Assembly (NCBI GenBank): GCA_964587385.1 | Contig: CAZPLA010000026.1 | Coordinates: 1 to 61,585 of the forward strand | Reading direction: 5' to 3' | From: an uncultured Dehalococcoidia bacterium | Lineage (GTDB): Bacteria; Chloroflexota; Dehalococcoidia; Lucifugimonadales; GCA-2712585 | DNA: 61,585 bases | Shown here: positions 17,725 to 28,867 of the stretch, piece by piece | Position numbering within the stretch: position 1 is the first letter of the stretch | Layout of the letters: every line of letters starts with the position of its first letter | Position numbers and translations under genes: made by a program | Notes under the pieces: model-generated | Databases searched by the model: none | Seen by the model: only the letters and a program-made list of their open reading frames with translations | Told to the model about the DNA's origin: nothing

Positions 17725-18789
17725 TCAATTGGGAATTGCATCCTTGAAACCTGACCCTGTTAAAGCCACTAAAATCGGTTCTTCAGAGTCGAATCTGGAT
17801 TCAGTGATTAATATTTCCAGCCCAGCTAGGACAGCTGCGGATGTTGGCTCTACAAAAATACCTTCATCTTGAGCTAATGCCGTTTGCCATCGTTTTATTG
17901 ATGATTCCTCAACTGCTAAAGCTGAGCCATTGGTTTCTTTTAGAGATGTCAGGCATTGCAGTAATCTTGGAGGCGATTGTACTGCTATACCACCGGCTAT
18001 AGTCGGGGCGTCATTTAGGCTGGGTCTGTAATCCTGGCCTGTGAAGGCTGAAACTAATGGCATACAATTGATGGATTGAATTGCATGTAGCCTGGGAGGT
18101 TTCATAGAAGGGGAATAAGAAAGTTTCATGTATGATTTCCATGTCCCAATTAGTAAAGAACCATTACCTACTGGGAATAGAATATGTTTTGGTTGAGGAT
18201 ACATGCTGTTGATGATTTCTTCTCCAAAGCTAACAGTTCCTGCTATGAAATATGGGTTTAGATTGTGAGAGGCATAAACAATGCCATTGGATTTGCAGAA
18301 CTCTTGGCATGCAGTAGCAACTGTTTGCCGGCCTCCGCTGATTTTAATGATTTCTGCTCCATAAAAAGCTATCTGTTCGACTTTTGCAGGAGGGGCCTCG
18401 CTTGGCACGAATATGGAAGCCTTGATACCCGCACGTGCACAATAGGCTGCTATGGATGCCCCAGCATTTCCTGAGGAATCCTCTGCAATATGTGTAACTC
18501 CTTGGGATTTTAATTCGGAAACCAAGATAGCGGCCCCTCTGTCTTTGAATGACCCAGTAGGATTCTGATATTCCAATTTTGCAAATAAATTGGGCAAATT
18601 CAGATGCCTTCCTATCGATTCTAATTTGACCAACGGTGTATTACCTTCACCCATTGATATAAGCGGGTGAGGTTGGGAGTAAGAGGCAGAAGATAAATCC
18701 ATAGGATGATTGCATTGGTGGCATAGAACTTCGTAAACCGAACTTTGTTGACTTCTCTTACATTTGATACATATAAAGCTAGTGCCCAT
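17725..18789 (-). CDS. Threonine synthase-like PLP enzyme (fold type II), paralog 1
   Basis: N-terminal CxxC..CxxC, SMGEGNTPL, NPTGSFKDRG, DSSGNAG, PVGNG, EPTSA, LTGSGFK. Confidence 0.9.
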   Translation of the reverse strand: MGTSFICIKCKRSQQSSVYEVLCHQCNHPMDLSSASYSQPHPLISMGEGNTPLVKLESIGRHLNLPNLFAKLEYQNPTGSFKDRGAAILVSELKSQGVTHIAEDSSGNAGASIAAYCARAGIKASIFVPSEAPPAKVEQIAFYGAEIIKISGGRQTVATACQEFCKSNGIVYASHNLNPYFIAGTVSFGEEIINSMYPQPKHILFPVGNGSLLIGTWKSYMKLSYSPSMKPPRLHAIQSINCMPLVSAFTGQDYRPSLNDAPTIAGGIAVQSPPRLLQCLTSLKETNGSALAVEESSIKRWQTALAQDEGIFVEPTSAAVLAGLEILITESRFDSEEPILVALTGSGFKDAIPN

Positions 18790-18920
18790 AGATGCACTAT
18801 AAATCCGAATGGTAATTGTATCAAGGGCCTTACTGATTGCATATTGAGATATGGCAAATTGACGGGTTTCTCTTCTTAAAGGATTAATATATGTTAGTTA
18901 AATGTTAGAATGCTTACTCT

Positions 18921-20402
18921 ATGTTTAGTATATTCCACAAAATTAAATCTTCTATAGAAGCAACTTACAATAGTAATGGGAGCTACAAATGGTGGGCAGT
19001 GTCTGCCCTAGGGGTTGGGACTCTCACGACTGTTGGTCAGTTTGGAGAAGTAAATGTTGCTATGCCGACGATAGCCCATTACTTTGACAGTGACTTGACT
19101 ATGGTGCATTGGGTGTTTACTGGGAACGTCATGGCGATTAGCGTTTTCTTGATGCCTATGGGGCGGCTTTCCGATATCGTTGGACGAAAGACCATTTACC
19201 TTTGCGGTCTCCTTGTTTTTGTGGTGACTACGGGATTGTGCGCTCTCGCACCTAATCTTGGGGCTCTTATAGCATTCAGGGGTATTCATGGTATTAGCCT
19301 AGGGATGATTGAAGGTAACCAACTAGCGATTATGGCATCTATTTTCCCAAGTAAAGAACGTGGAAAAGCTCTGGGACTGCATATGACTCTTGTTGGAGCA
19401 GCCCTTATAGGGGGCCCTCTTTTAGGAGGAATATTAGTGGACTCGTTCGGATGGAGGGCAGTTTTTTATATAAATGTACCTTTGGGACTTATGGTGTTCC
19501 TCCCAGCATTTTTAATATTGGATGAAAAACGAATGAACCAAGCAGTTAGAGAACAACCTCGACAAGGATTTGACTTCTTAGGGGCGGGTCTTTCTTCATC
19601 AGCGTTGCTTCTTTTTCTGGTAGGCGTTTCTAATCCACTAGGTTTACCCGCTGCATACAACATATTTTGCCTAGTTATAGCGCTGTTTTTGGTAGGCACT
19701 TTCGTGTTTTGGGAGACTAAAACGTCTTTTCCGATGCTAGATATGTCTTTATTCAAATCATCACTTTTTAGTCTTGGAGTAGGAGCCAGAACCATTTCCT
19801 TCATTACGGCAGCTGCTGTTATGTTCTTGATGCCATTTTATTTACAGGGTGTGGTTGGGTACACACCAAGTAAAACAGGCCTCATAATGATTACTTTGGC
19901 TTTGGGCATGGTGTTGATGGGTCCTATAGCAGGACGTCTCTCTGATCAATTTGGTTCGCGCCCATTTACCGTTTTTGGAGCAGCTTTATCCGCGGCTGGA
20001 ATATTTGTACTAGCTAGGATAACGGAAGATACTAGTCTTCCAATATTGCTTGGGGGTATAACCCTACAAAGTATAGGAGCTGGTATGTTTACCGCTCCTA
20101 ACACGAATTTAATATTAAGTAGTGTTCCACGACACAGTTATGGTATTGCAGCAGGATTTGTGCAATTTTTAAGAACTTCTTCTACGGTAACTGGGATAGC
20201 TATAGCTACGGCAATTATTACTTCAACAATGGTTTCTTTTAACGTGGATTCCAATTTGAAAAGTTTGTCGGAAGGTATAGATATAAACGCCCGGAGTGCC
20301 TTCGTAGCGGGTCTTAGAAACACATATGTTGGCATGGCTTGCCTTCAACTAGTCGCGGTCATTATGTCAGCTATGAAGACACAGGCGTTATCAGAGAGAT
20401 AA
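18921..20402 (+). CDS. MFS transporter, DHA2 (EmrB/QacA, 14 TM)
   Basis: GRLSDIVGRK, ERGKALG, GPLLGG, WRAVFYINVPLG, DFLGA. Confidence 0.93.
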   Translation: MFSIFHKIKSSIEATYNSNGSYKWWAVSALGVGTLTTVGQFGEVNVAMPTIAHYFDSDLTMVHWVFTGNVMAISVFLMPMGRLSDIVGRKTIYLCGLLVFVVTTGLCALAPNLGALIAFRGIHGISLGMIEGNQLAIMASIFPSKERGKALGLHMTLVGAALIGGPLLGGILVDSFGWRAVFYINVPLGLMVFLPAFLILDEKRMNQAVREQPRQGFDFLGAGLSSSALLLFLVGVSNPLGLPAAYNIFCLVIALFLVGTFVFWETKTSFPMLDMSLFKSSLFSLGVGARTISFITAAAVMFLMPFYLQGVVGYTPSKTGLIMITLALGMVLMGPIAGRLSDQFGSRPFTVFGAALSAAGIFVLARITEDTSLPILLGGITLQSIGAGMFTAPNTNLILSSVPRHSYGIAAGFVQFLRTSSTVTGIAIATAIITSTMVSFNVDSNLKSLSEGIDINARSAFVAGLRNTYVGMACLQLVAVIMSAMKTQALSER

Positions 20403-20474
20403 ACGATCCATATTATGTACTGTGCTACATAATGTTATAATTAAGTGTTTGTTCGGGATGTATATAACAAATAC

Positions 20475-20499
20475 CACTGTATTTTGCCGAACTACAGTG
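20475..20499. promoter_or_regulatory. Inverted repeat upstream of the ABC exporter (possible operator)
   Basis: CACTGTA-11 nt-TACAGTG, about 40 nt before the ATPase start. Confidence 0.35.
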
Positions 20500-20537
20500 A
20501 TATACGCATGTAATATCATAATGAAGGAGAATGGCTG

Positions 20538-21281
20538 ATGGGAGACGCGATCATTGAGGCAGAGAATATATTCAAAACTTATGACACCGGAATATTGAGA
20601 GTAGAAGCTCTAAAAGGGGTGGACCTTAAAGTCAGAAAAGGTGAGATGGTGGCAATTATGGGTCCCAGCGGATGTGGCAAAACAACTTTATTGAATTGCT
20701 TGTCGGGCTTAGATTCGACAGATTCGGGGCGAATATTGGTGGAGGAGATGGAGCTTCATAAATTGCCGGATGATCAGCTCAGTGACTATAGGGCGATAAG
20801 AATGGGATTTGTATTCCAGCTCTATAATTTATTACCAGTATTGAGCGCCGTAGAGAATGTGGAAATGCCTTTACTTGTATCTGGTACAAGTTCGAAAGAG
20901 GCCAGGGGCAGGTCTATGGAACTGCTGGATAAAATGGGATTAGCTGCATGGGCCCATAGACTGCCTGGAGAATTGTCTGGTGGGCAACGTCAGCGTGTAA
21001 CCTTAGCTAGGGCATTGGTTAATAACCCTGCTATCGTTTGGGCTGACGAACCAACTGGTGACTTGGACAGTGAAACTGCTCATGAAATCATGGAACTTAT
21101 TTGTTCGTTAAATAAAGAGAATGGGCAGACATTTGTAATAGTTACACATGCTCAGGAAGTTGGTGACTTGGCTGATAGAATTATTCATATGAGAGACGGC
21201 CAAATAGAATCACAAGAAAGTAATGTTCAGAAAGAGAGCCATGCCAATGCAAACAATGACTTAGAGGAAACGAATCAATAA
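20538..21281 (+). CDS. ABC ATPase, LolD/MacB/SalX family
   Basis: [35 protein letters not shown]. Confidence 0.95.
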   Translation: MGDAIIEAENIFKTYDTGILRVEALKGVDLKVRKGEMVAIMGPSGCGKTTLLNCLSGLDSTDSGRILVEEMELHKLPDDQLSDYRAIRMGFVFQLYNLLPVLSAVENVEMPLLVSGTSSKEARGRSMELLDKMGLAAWAHRLPGELSGGQRQRVTLARALVNNPAIVWADEPTGDLDSETAHEIMELICSLNKENGQTFVIVTHAQEVGDLADRIIHMRDGQIESQESNVQKESHANANNDLEETNQ

Positions 21282-24200
21282 TGGAAGAACTTTTCGGGCT
21301 GTCAATGAACATATTGATGTACGTCTTGTTGGCAATCTTTACCGTTATTTTATTGGTAATTGCTGCGATGGCGATTCGCAATCCTATATTGCTAAAACTT
21401 GGATTGCGAAATATTCCCCGTCGTAGAGCTCAAACAATATTAATTATTGTAGGGTCCATGTTAAGCGCCGTTCTAGTGACCACTGCCTTCGGTACTGGAG
21501 ACACCATAAGTTTTTCAATACGAGATGAAACCATTAAGGCTCTACAGGATATTGATGAGGTTATATCGTCAAGTGCGGAATCTGAGGTTTTTGCAACCAA
21601 TAGTCCTGCATATATGCCAATGACCGACTTTTTAGAGTTGAAGAATTCTCTTGTAGGTTATGAAGAAATAGATGGGTTGGTTCCATATATTGGTGAAACA
21701 GTTGCGGTCAGGAATCTGCGCAACTCTTTAGGCAAAGGCAAAACAAGAATTACGGCAATAGATTCCGGTGAGCTTGGGGGATTTCAGGGCTTTACTTTTA
21801 GTTCTGGAATGCAATATATCACGGAACTATCTCCAGATGGAGTGCTCATTAATGCAATAGCCGCAGATGATTTGGAAGCGAGGGTAGGAGATGAAATTAA
21901 GCTAATTTTTGGAGGCAATGACCAGGACTTTTTTGTTGAAGGGATAATTGGCGATGGTGGTTTGGCGGGAATAGAACCTACCGTTCTTATGCCCCTAGAT
22001 AGAGGGCAGAAATTGTTTAATAAACCTGAGAAGATTAATTTTATAGCTGTATCCAATAATGGAGATGCCAGAGGTGGCGCTTTAATAAGTGATGAAGTAA
22101 CCAAAAAACTTAGGGTTTTATTATCAAACGCAGAGGTAGCTCGTGATCTGCATATTTTGTTGAAAGAGGATTATTTAATCGTAGGTTTGCAGGAAAGAGA
22201 AGAGGAACTGACTGGTCGAATGCGTTCAGAGATTGCGCTACTAGGCGAGCATTTAGGAAAGGAGGAGACTTCAGGAGAGTTAATACGACTTTTCTCAGAT
22301 TCAGGGGTTTCTACCGAGATCTTACGTGTTCTTAAAAGAGCAGATATGTATGAGACACTTGAACAGGCTGATACTTTATTTAAAGACCTTTCTCAATTCA
22401 CCGTACTAGATATAAAACGTAGTTTGTTAGAAATAGCAGAATTAGCAGCAAGTGCGGTCACTACTTTTTTCATTACCATAGCTCTCTTTTCAATTATGGC
22501 GGGTGTGCTTCTGATTTTCCTTATATTTGTAATGTTAGCAGGAGCAAGGCGAACAGAGATGGGAATGGCTAGAGCCGTAGGTGCTAAAAGAGGCCACCTA
22601 GTGCAAATGTTCGTTTTCGAAGGATTTGCTTATGACATAGTGGCTTCAGCAATTGGAACTATGATAGGGATCGGATTGGGCTTTGGATTGATCTATGCGT
22701 TCAATCATATTTTGAGTGATATAGCTGAGGGGTTTGGTTTTTCTTATCACATTGAGTTAAGGAGCATCGTCGTTTCATTTTGTCTGGGCATGGTCATTGT
22801 TTTCATTACTGCGGCTGTTTCGGCTTATAGGGTTAGTCGTATGAATATTGCGGAAGCAGTAAGGGGTCTTCCTGAAACTATTATATTGCAAAAAGAAAAA
22901 CCAATCGGTAAGAGACTAATCCGAATTCCGCATAGCATTTTACGTCCTATTATTCTCTTAATATTTGCTGTCAGTTCTTTAGTACGACGTAAGTACGCCC
23001 AATTTTTGTTTAAGCTGAGTGGAGGACTTCTCTCGTTTGTTTCAATACCAATTGCTCTGCTCTTAGCCATTTTCGCGTTTATCTTGCCTTATCTAAGAAG
23101 AGGATGGCTAACGTTTGCTCTTGGATTGTTAATGATTTATTTAGGAGTAAACGTATATGAGAAAGCCTGGCTATTTTCAGGGGGTCTTACACTTTTTGTA
23201 GTAGGTTTAGGTTTGATGATCCGTGTATTAGTCTTCTACAAGCTTCGAATACTTGAAGGTTTTGGTATTTTGACTGGCTTAGTTGGGATTACGCTCCTAA
23301 TTCATGGAGTAATTAAAGGTCACCCGGTACCTATTGCTGCCGGCATTACATTGGTTGTTGTTGGTCTCGCCATGTCTGTTCCATTAATGCTTAATTCTAC
23401 AATTGATAGACAGACTATGGTGGACAGGTTTACATACACGTTCATAGGAGTAATTGTATTAGCTGCTTGGTCACTTCCATTCGATACGTTTGAAAGTATT
23501 ACTGGTGAACTTGATGCAGATGCCGAAATGTTCTTTTTATCAGGCATAGTGATGGTGGCTGCAGCGGTTTGGACAGTTATGTATAATGCCGACCTTCTAC
23601 TTAAAGGGTTTTCCAGATTAACTAACAGATTTGGGAGAATGAGGCCGGTCTTAGTAACGTCTGTTGCTTATCCCATGAATTCTAAGTTTAGGACAGGCCT
23701 GACATTGGCAATGTTTTCACTAGTCGTATTTACCTTAATAATAATGTCTCTAGTGAGTGATGCCTTTACTAATGTCTATAGTGATACAGAAAGGGTGACT
23801 GGCAATTGGGATATAGAGGCTAATTTGTCTTATGCGAGTCCCATTCAAGATATGCGTTCAGCGATTGCTGAAAAAGATGTTCCTTCCGTTAATCAATTTG
23901 AAGCAATTGGCGGATTTGTTAAAGCTCCAATAGAAGTCAGGCAAGTTAAAGATACTAGGGAAAGATGGAGATCTTATCCGTTGATGCTTACAGATGATGA
24001 GTTCCTTTCTACAACTGGGTATGATTTTCAAATATTCGCTGATGGTTATAACAACAAGACGGAAGTATGGACGGCATTAAAGATGGATCCAAGTCTTGCT
24101 GTCGTTGATTCTTCCGTTGTTGATGGCGGATCTGATGGAGGTCCTAGAAATCGAGATAATGACGGGGATATAGAAGGTGATGGGAGGCTTAGGATTAAGG

Positions 24201-24916
24201 ATATATCTATAGATAGTGAAAGCTTTTCTCCTGTTGAAATAGAAATTATGGAACCTGTATCTCAGACGGTATTTAGTTTCAAGATTATAGGAATTTTGGA
24301 CTCGGCTACTGATGTTATGGGGGTAGTTGCTTCGAATAAGGGAGTGGAGGATGCATTAGGCTCCGAGATTCCTATGACTAGGTACAGATTTAGAGTAGCT
24401 GAGGATGCTGATCTTGAGAAGATTGGGAAGCAGCTCGAGTCTAGTTTTTTGGGGAATGGTATGGAAATTGATCTGCTGGAGGATAGTTTATTGGCAACAG
24501 TTTCATTTATCTCTTCATTTTATAATTTATTGACTGGGTATATGGGTCTAGGATTGGTTGTAGGAATAGCGGCCATGGGAGTAATAAGCATGAGAGCTGT
24601 GGTGGAGCGAAGGCAACAGATTGGAGTATTGAGAGCAATTGGGTACAGGAAAAGCATGGTGAAATTGACTTTTGTTATGGAATCCTCTTTCGTTGCTTTG
24701 TTGGGTGTGTTTATAGGGGTAGCGTTGGGTAGTATCGTATCATTTAATCTTGTAGAAGGATTGGGGGAGGAAATAGAGGGAGTGAGATTCACAGTTCCCT
24801 GGCTCAAAATCGGTTTAATAGTGGGCTTGGTATATGTGTCTACAATATTGACTACCTTGTTGCCAGCTGGACAAGCTGCAAATACACTTCCGGCCGAAGC
24901 ATTAAGGTACGAATAA
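21281..24916 (+). CDS. Large FtsX/MacB-type ABC permease with two FtsX repeats
   Basis: LRNIPRRR, RRTEMGMARAVGA, ERRQQIGVLRAIG, PAEALRYE; translationally coupled to the ATPase. Confidence 0.92.
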   Translation: MEELFGLSMNILMYVLLAIFTVILLVIAAMAIRNPILLKLGLRNIPRRRAQTILIIVGSMLSAVLVTTAFGTGDTISFSIRDETIKALQDIDEVISSSAESEVFATNSPAYMPMTDFLELKNSLVGYEEIDGLVPYIGETVAVRNLRNSLGKGKTRITAIDSGELGGFQGFTFSSGMQYITELSPDGVLINAIAADDLEARVGDEIKLIFGGNDQDFFVEGIIGDGGLAGIEPTVLMPLDRGQKLFNKPEKINFIAVSNNGDARGGALISDEVTKKLRVLLSNAEVARDLHILLKEDYLIVGLQEREEELTGRMRSEIALLGEHLGKEETSGELIRLFSDSGVSTEILRVLKRADMYETLEQADTLFKDLSQFTVLDIKRSLLEIAELAASAVTTFFITIALFSIMAGVLLIFLIFVMLAGARRTEMGMARAVGAKRGHLVQMFVFEGFAYDIVASAIGTMIGIGLGFGLIYAFNHILSDIAEGFGFSYHIELRSIVVSFCLGMVIVFITAAVSAYRVSRMNIAEAVRGLPETIILQKEKPIGKRLIRIPHSILRPIILLIFAVSSLVRRKYAQFLFKLSGGLLSFVSIPIALLLAIFAFILPYLRRGWLTFALGLLMIYLGVNVYEKAWLFSGGLTLFVVGLGLMIRVLVFYKLRILEGFGILTGLVGITLLIHGVIKGHPVPIAAGITLVVVGLAMSVPLMLNSTIDRQTMVDRFTYTFIGVIVLAAWSLPFDTFESITGELDADAEMFFLSGIVMVAAAVWTVMYNADLLLKGFSRLTNRFGRMRPVLVTSVAYPMNSKFRTGLTLAMFSLVVFTLIIMSLVSDAFTNVYSDTERVTGNWDIEANLSYASPIQDMRSAIAEKDVPSVNQFEAIGGFVKAPIEVRQVKDTRERWRSYPLMLTDDEFLSTTGYDFQIFADGYNNKTEVWTALKMDPSLAVVDSSVVDGGSDGGPRNRDNDGDIEGDGRLRIKDISIDSESFSPVEIEIMEPVSQTVFSFKIIGILDSATDVMGVVASNKGVEDALGSEIPMTRYRFRVAEDADLEKIGKQLESSFLGNGMEIDLLEDSLLATVSFISSFYNLLTGYMGLGLVVGIAAMGVISMRAVVERRQQIGVLRAIGYRKSMVKLTFVMESSFVALLGVFIGVALGSIVSFNLVEGLGEEIEGVRFTVPWLKIGLIVGLVYVSTILTTLLPAGQAANTLPAEALRYE

Positions 24917-24991
24917 CTATTTGTAAGTGATGATAGTTTGCAAGAAATCCGAGTGATCTATCTTCTTAGGTATACCCTAATATATGCTTAA

Positions 24992-25333
24992 TTACCGCTT
25001 CGGAGGGATACTTCGCTCGATAACCTGGTCCATCTTTTCACCAATCTGCTCGCCCATATCAAACATTTTGGCCTCATCGGAAGAGCGTGGTCCCTCAGCA
25101 AAATACTGAGCAGTCTCTTTCTTTTTCATCATGGCGGGCATGGCTTTGCCAAGAAAGTCATCATCATATTTCGGGCGTTTATAAGTTTTGAAATGGACCT
25201 TTGATATGAGACGCGCGGTATCTTCACTAGAACAGTGTTCGCAGGTGGTTTTATCTGGTATGGAATGTCTATCTTTTATGAGTATTTCGCTGACTTTCCT
25301 GCAATTGAAGCAACCATATTCAATTAGTGGCAT
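24992..25333 (-). CDS. FmdB-family zinc-ribbon protein with C-terminal extension
   Basis: MPLIEYGCFNC...CEHCSS...RLIS. Confidence 0.85.
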   Translation of the reverse strand: MPLIEYGCFNCRKVSEILIKDRHSIPDKTTCEHCSSEDTARLISKVHFKTYKRPKYDDDFLGKAMPAMMKKKETAQYFAEGPRSSDEAKMFDMGEQIGEKMDQVIERSIPPKR

Positions 25334-25542
25334 TTTCTATTACCTGTAGTGACTGATTGATAGGTTATCAAGCTAGCATATGGCGGAGTGAGGCGTCAAG
25401 AAAGTCATGATGCTTTCATGAGTAATAGGAAAGTAGTTTATGAGGGGCCTTTTTGGAATTAATTGACAATTTAGGAGTCCTGAATATACCCTGCACTTAC
25501 TCAAGAATGGTGCCATATAATGTAACTGAGGTGTTGAATCAT

Positions 25543-26721
25543 ATGTATTTGATTATACGGAACGTAAGATTGATAGATGGGACAGGTGCTGAACCTGTGT
25601 TGGCTACCACCGTGGTAGTAGAGAATGGAGTGATTACGTCTATAGGTAATGAGGGACCTTTGTCTCTTAATCACAAACATTATGAATATATAAATGGAGA
25701 AGATTTGACTCTACTTCCTGGAATTTTTGATGCCCATGAGCATTTTGCTGGTGATGGGGGTAAAAACGGGGTTTGGGCTATGGCGGATGATTCTCGAGAA
25801 GTCCTTTTGGCTAAAGGAGCTGCTAATGCCCGTAGGGCTTTAATGACAGGTCAAACATCAGCAAGAGATGTAGGTTCTCCAAATGGTGTCAGTATTACAT
25901 TGGCTCAGCAAGTAGCTTCCGGGTCTATAACTGGCCCACGTATTACGGCTGCCGGATCCTGGATACAGGCACCGACAACTTGGCCTTACCCATTTGTCAC
26001 GATGATACAAAATAAGGAAGAAATGCGTAATGTTATCAGTCAGCAGATAGCTCAAGGAGCTGGTCTTATAAAAGTAGGCTCAACTGGTACAAATGAAGAT
26101 GGCAGTGATTACGCCACACTAGGTCCTGAAATAGCAATGATGGTTGTGGAGATGGCACATGCAGCAGGTTTGAAGGCGGCGGCTCATTCTGTAGGAATTG
26201 CTGGAACTAAAGAAGTTGTGAAGGCTGGAATAGATTCCATTGAGCATGGGTTTTTCATTGATGAGGAAACAAGTCAATTGATGGCAGAAAAAGGCACAGT
26301 TTTAGTACCGACTATGTCGACATGGGATAATAGATTGCAACATGCAGTTTCATGGAGGCTGACTAGAGATGAAATTCGGGCTAGTGAAATGCGTAGGGAG
26401 GCTTCAATAGCAAGTTTTAAGAGATGCCTAGCGGCCGGGGTAAAGGTTGCTGCTGGTACGGACGCTGGAGGATGCCCAGTGAGACATGGAACACTTGTTA
26501 GGGAAATGGAAGTTATGATTGAGGCTGGTTTAACCAACATGCAAGCTATAGAAGCAGCCACTCGTACGCCTGCTGAATTGGCTGGAACAATAAACAATGT
26601 GGGCACCATTGAGGTTGGGAAATTAGCTGATCTTATTTTAGTTGATGGCGACCCTCTGGATGATATAGCTGCGTTAAGAAATATATGGGCTGTATTTCAA
26701 GGAGGTAGAAGGATACGGTGA
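25543..26721 (+). CDS. Metal-dependent amidohydrolase (Xaa-Pro dipeptidase-like); likely start ATG 25543
   Basis: LIDGTG, LLPGIFDAHEH, IK, AAH, SIEHG, AGTDAG, GTIEVGKLADL; GAGGTG RBS before 25543. Confidence 0.92.
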   Translation: MYLIIRNVRLIDGTGAEPVLATTVVVENGVITSIGNEGPLSLNHKHYEYINGEDLTLLPGIFDAHEHFAGDGGKNGVWAMADDSREVLLAKGAANARRALMTGQTSARDVGSPNGVSITLAQQVASGSITGPRITAAGSWIQAPTTWPYPFVTMIQNKEEMRNVISQQIAQGAGLIKVGSTGTNEDGSDYATLGPEIAMMVVEMAHAAGLKAAAHSVGIAGTKEVVKAGIDSIEHGFFIDEETSQLMAEKGTVLVPTMSTWDNRLQHAVSWRLTRDEIRASEMRREASIASFKRCLAAGVKVAAGTDAGGCPVRHGTLVREMEVMIEAGLTNMQAIEAATRTPAELAGTINNVGTIEVGKLADLILVDGDPLDDIAALRNIWAVFQGGRRIR

Positions 26722-26930
26722 GGCCAGTCTTTAGTTGGATAAAAGCAATATGTAATAGACAACAGAACCGTTTGTTTATGGTCAGATTTATTGTAATAAT
26801 CTAGGAGTTTCTTGATATTTGTCATGCTAACTAGTGCTCTTTTGTGGTTCCGATAGTATTATTAAAATGTAATCTATATGAGAAATGATTAGAAGATGTT
26901 ATGAGGGCTTAAAATGGAAGCTTATCAAGC

Positions 26931-28856
26931 ATGAATGCAAAAAAGTGTAAATTTTGTTCCAAAGATAATAGTAAGGAGTCACTATTTTGTATTGAATGTG
27001 GAGCAAGATTGGATGAGCCTGATAAAGAGGACTCTTCTCATTCTGATGTAGCAGATTTGGATTCCAATAATGAGATTCTATCGTCACAGGTAAAAGCGCT
27101 TACTAAAGACGTTGTTCAACTTCGTTTGGAAGTTGGAAGATTACGTCAAGAAATTGTCTCTTTCTTTAAAAAACCGACGGGAACTTTAGGCCATGTAGTT
27201 AATCCTACTTCCCCGGTCGAAATATTACCTGGTGACACATCATCCTCTACTAGAAGACCTTCAACCGATCTGTTAGGTAAATGGTCCGAACAGATGCCTG
27301 GCAATTGGCTAGGTCGGATAGGAGGTTTCATCTCTTTGTTTGCACTTGGTTTCTTTTTAGCTGCTGCTGTTGCTGACGATTTGATTGGTCCCCGCGCCCA
27401 AATATTGATCGGACTAGTGGTCGGCATGCTCCTAATGGGTTTAGGAGAAATGTGGCAAAGAAAATATCCTCCTTGGGCCAATGCGGTAACGGGTACTGGA
27501 ATAGGAAGTTTATATCTTACGGTCTATGCAGCTGTAGGAATTCATGAATTAGTTGGCCTAATTCCTGCTTCAAGTTTATTGATTGTTGTTACGATAGCCA
27601 GTGTGGCTTTATCACTTCGATATAATTCAGCGGCACTTGCGATAATAGGGGTAATTGGAGCACTCATAGCCCCTATCGGACTAGAAGAAGAATTAATAGT
27701 TCAGGGTTTAAACCCGTGGGTAGTCTTAGGATATATTTTGATATTGGATATAGGAGTCCTTTCCGTATCAATATTTAGGGATTGGAGATGGCTCAGAATT
27801 TTGACGGGCGTGGGTTCATATGGTCTTTTCTTGGTTTATGTGACTCAAGAAGGAGATGCTGTAAAGCTGGTAGAGCAAGTAGGACTGGCCGCTATATTTT
27901 TGTTATTTTTGGGTACGTCTTTAGCATTTAGGGTCTTTTATAGAAAGATACCTACTAATGCCGACCTCTTGCAATTAATGGGTAATCCTGCAGCTTATTT
28001 TGCGATCAACGTTGAATTGTTGACGCCTATCTATCAAGAGTGGTTGCCATTGATGGCATTAAGCATGAGTGCTTTGTACGCACTAATTGCATATGGATTG
28101 ATAAGAGTAAATAGAATTCACTGGAGAGTAAGTATTTTTGCTCTGGCCATCTCAATTATATTACTCAGCATATCCATTCCCTTACAGCTTTCAGGAGCAT
28201 GGATTACTTTAGCGTGGGCTACTGAGGCTATAGCGTTGGTTTTTGCTGGACTGTTGTTAAAAAGCCCACTAGTTAGAGGATTTGGGCTAATCGGATTTCC
28301 TATAATTTTCTTCCGGTTGTTCGTTATTGATCAGGTGGATTTTGAGGTGGATGGTGATTTCACGGTGATCGCGAATGCGAGATTTCTTATTTTTGTATTC
28401 GCTGTTATCGCTTCATACGTTTCTGCCTATCTGTACTGGAGGTTTAGAGCCATAATAACGGAGCATGAAAAGAAAGTTTTCTACATATTGGTGGGATTTG
28501 CTAACTTTCTATCTTTGTACGTTATCAGCATGGAAGTTATTACATATATCGATAACAGGCCAGAAGTATTTGACACCGCGAGCGCTGGTCTGCTGGCGTT
28601 GACCTTGATCTGGAGCATATACGCCATATTGGCTTTAATTGTTGGGTATGTTTGCAAGTCAAGATATGTCAAATTGGCATCATTAGGCTTACTGGGAATA
28701 GTAGTTGTAAAACTATTTACTGTAGATGCTTTTCAACTTGGAACCTTATATAGAGTGGCCAGTTTTGCATTTATAGGACCTGTACTGATGGGAGCAGGAT
28801 TCTACTTCCAAAAAAATAGGGAAACGATAAAGGCATTCCTGTCGGATAAGGAATAG
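26931..28856 (+). CDS. DUF2339-like multi-pass membrane protein with N-terminal zinc ribbon and coiled coil
   Basis: CKFC...CIECG ribbon; NWLGRIGG, LYLTVYAA, WITLAWATEA, KLFTVD..L..LYRVASF pattern recalled for DUF2339. Confidence 0.8.
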   Translation: MNAKKCKFCSKDNSKESLFCIECGARLDEPDKEDSSHSDVADLDSNNEILSSQVKALTKDVVQLRLEVGRLRQEIVSFFKKPTGTLGHVVNPTSPVEILPGDTSSSTRRPSTDLLGKWSEQMPGNWLGRIGGFISLFALGFFLAAAVADDLIGPRAQILIGLVVGMLLMGLGEMWQRKYPPWANAVTGTGIGSLYLTVYAAVGIHELVGLIPASSLLIVVTIASVALSLRYNSAALAIIGVIGALIAPIGLEEELIVQGLNPWVVLGYILILDIGVLSVSIFRDWRWLRILTGVGSYGLFLVYVTQEGDAVKLVEQVGLAAIFLLFLGTSLAFRVFYRKIPTNADLLQLMGNPAAYFAINVELLTPIYQEWLPLMALSMSALYALIAYGLIRVNRIHWRVSIFALAISIILLSISIPLQLSGAWITLAWATEAIALVFAGLLLKSPLVRGFGLIGFPIIFFRLFVIDQVDFEVDGDFTVIANARFLIFVFAVIASYVSAYLYWRFRAIITEHEKKVFYILVGFANFLSLYVISMEVITYIDNRPEVFDTASAGLLALTLIWSIYAILALIVGYVCKSRYVKLASLGLLGIVVVKLFTVDAFQLGTLYRVASFAFIGPVLMGAGFYFQKNRETIKAFLSDKE

Positions 28857-28867
28857 AGGTTCTGCGA

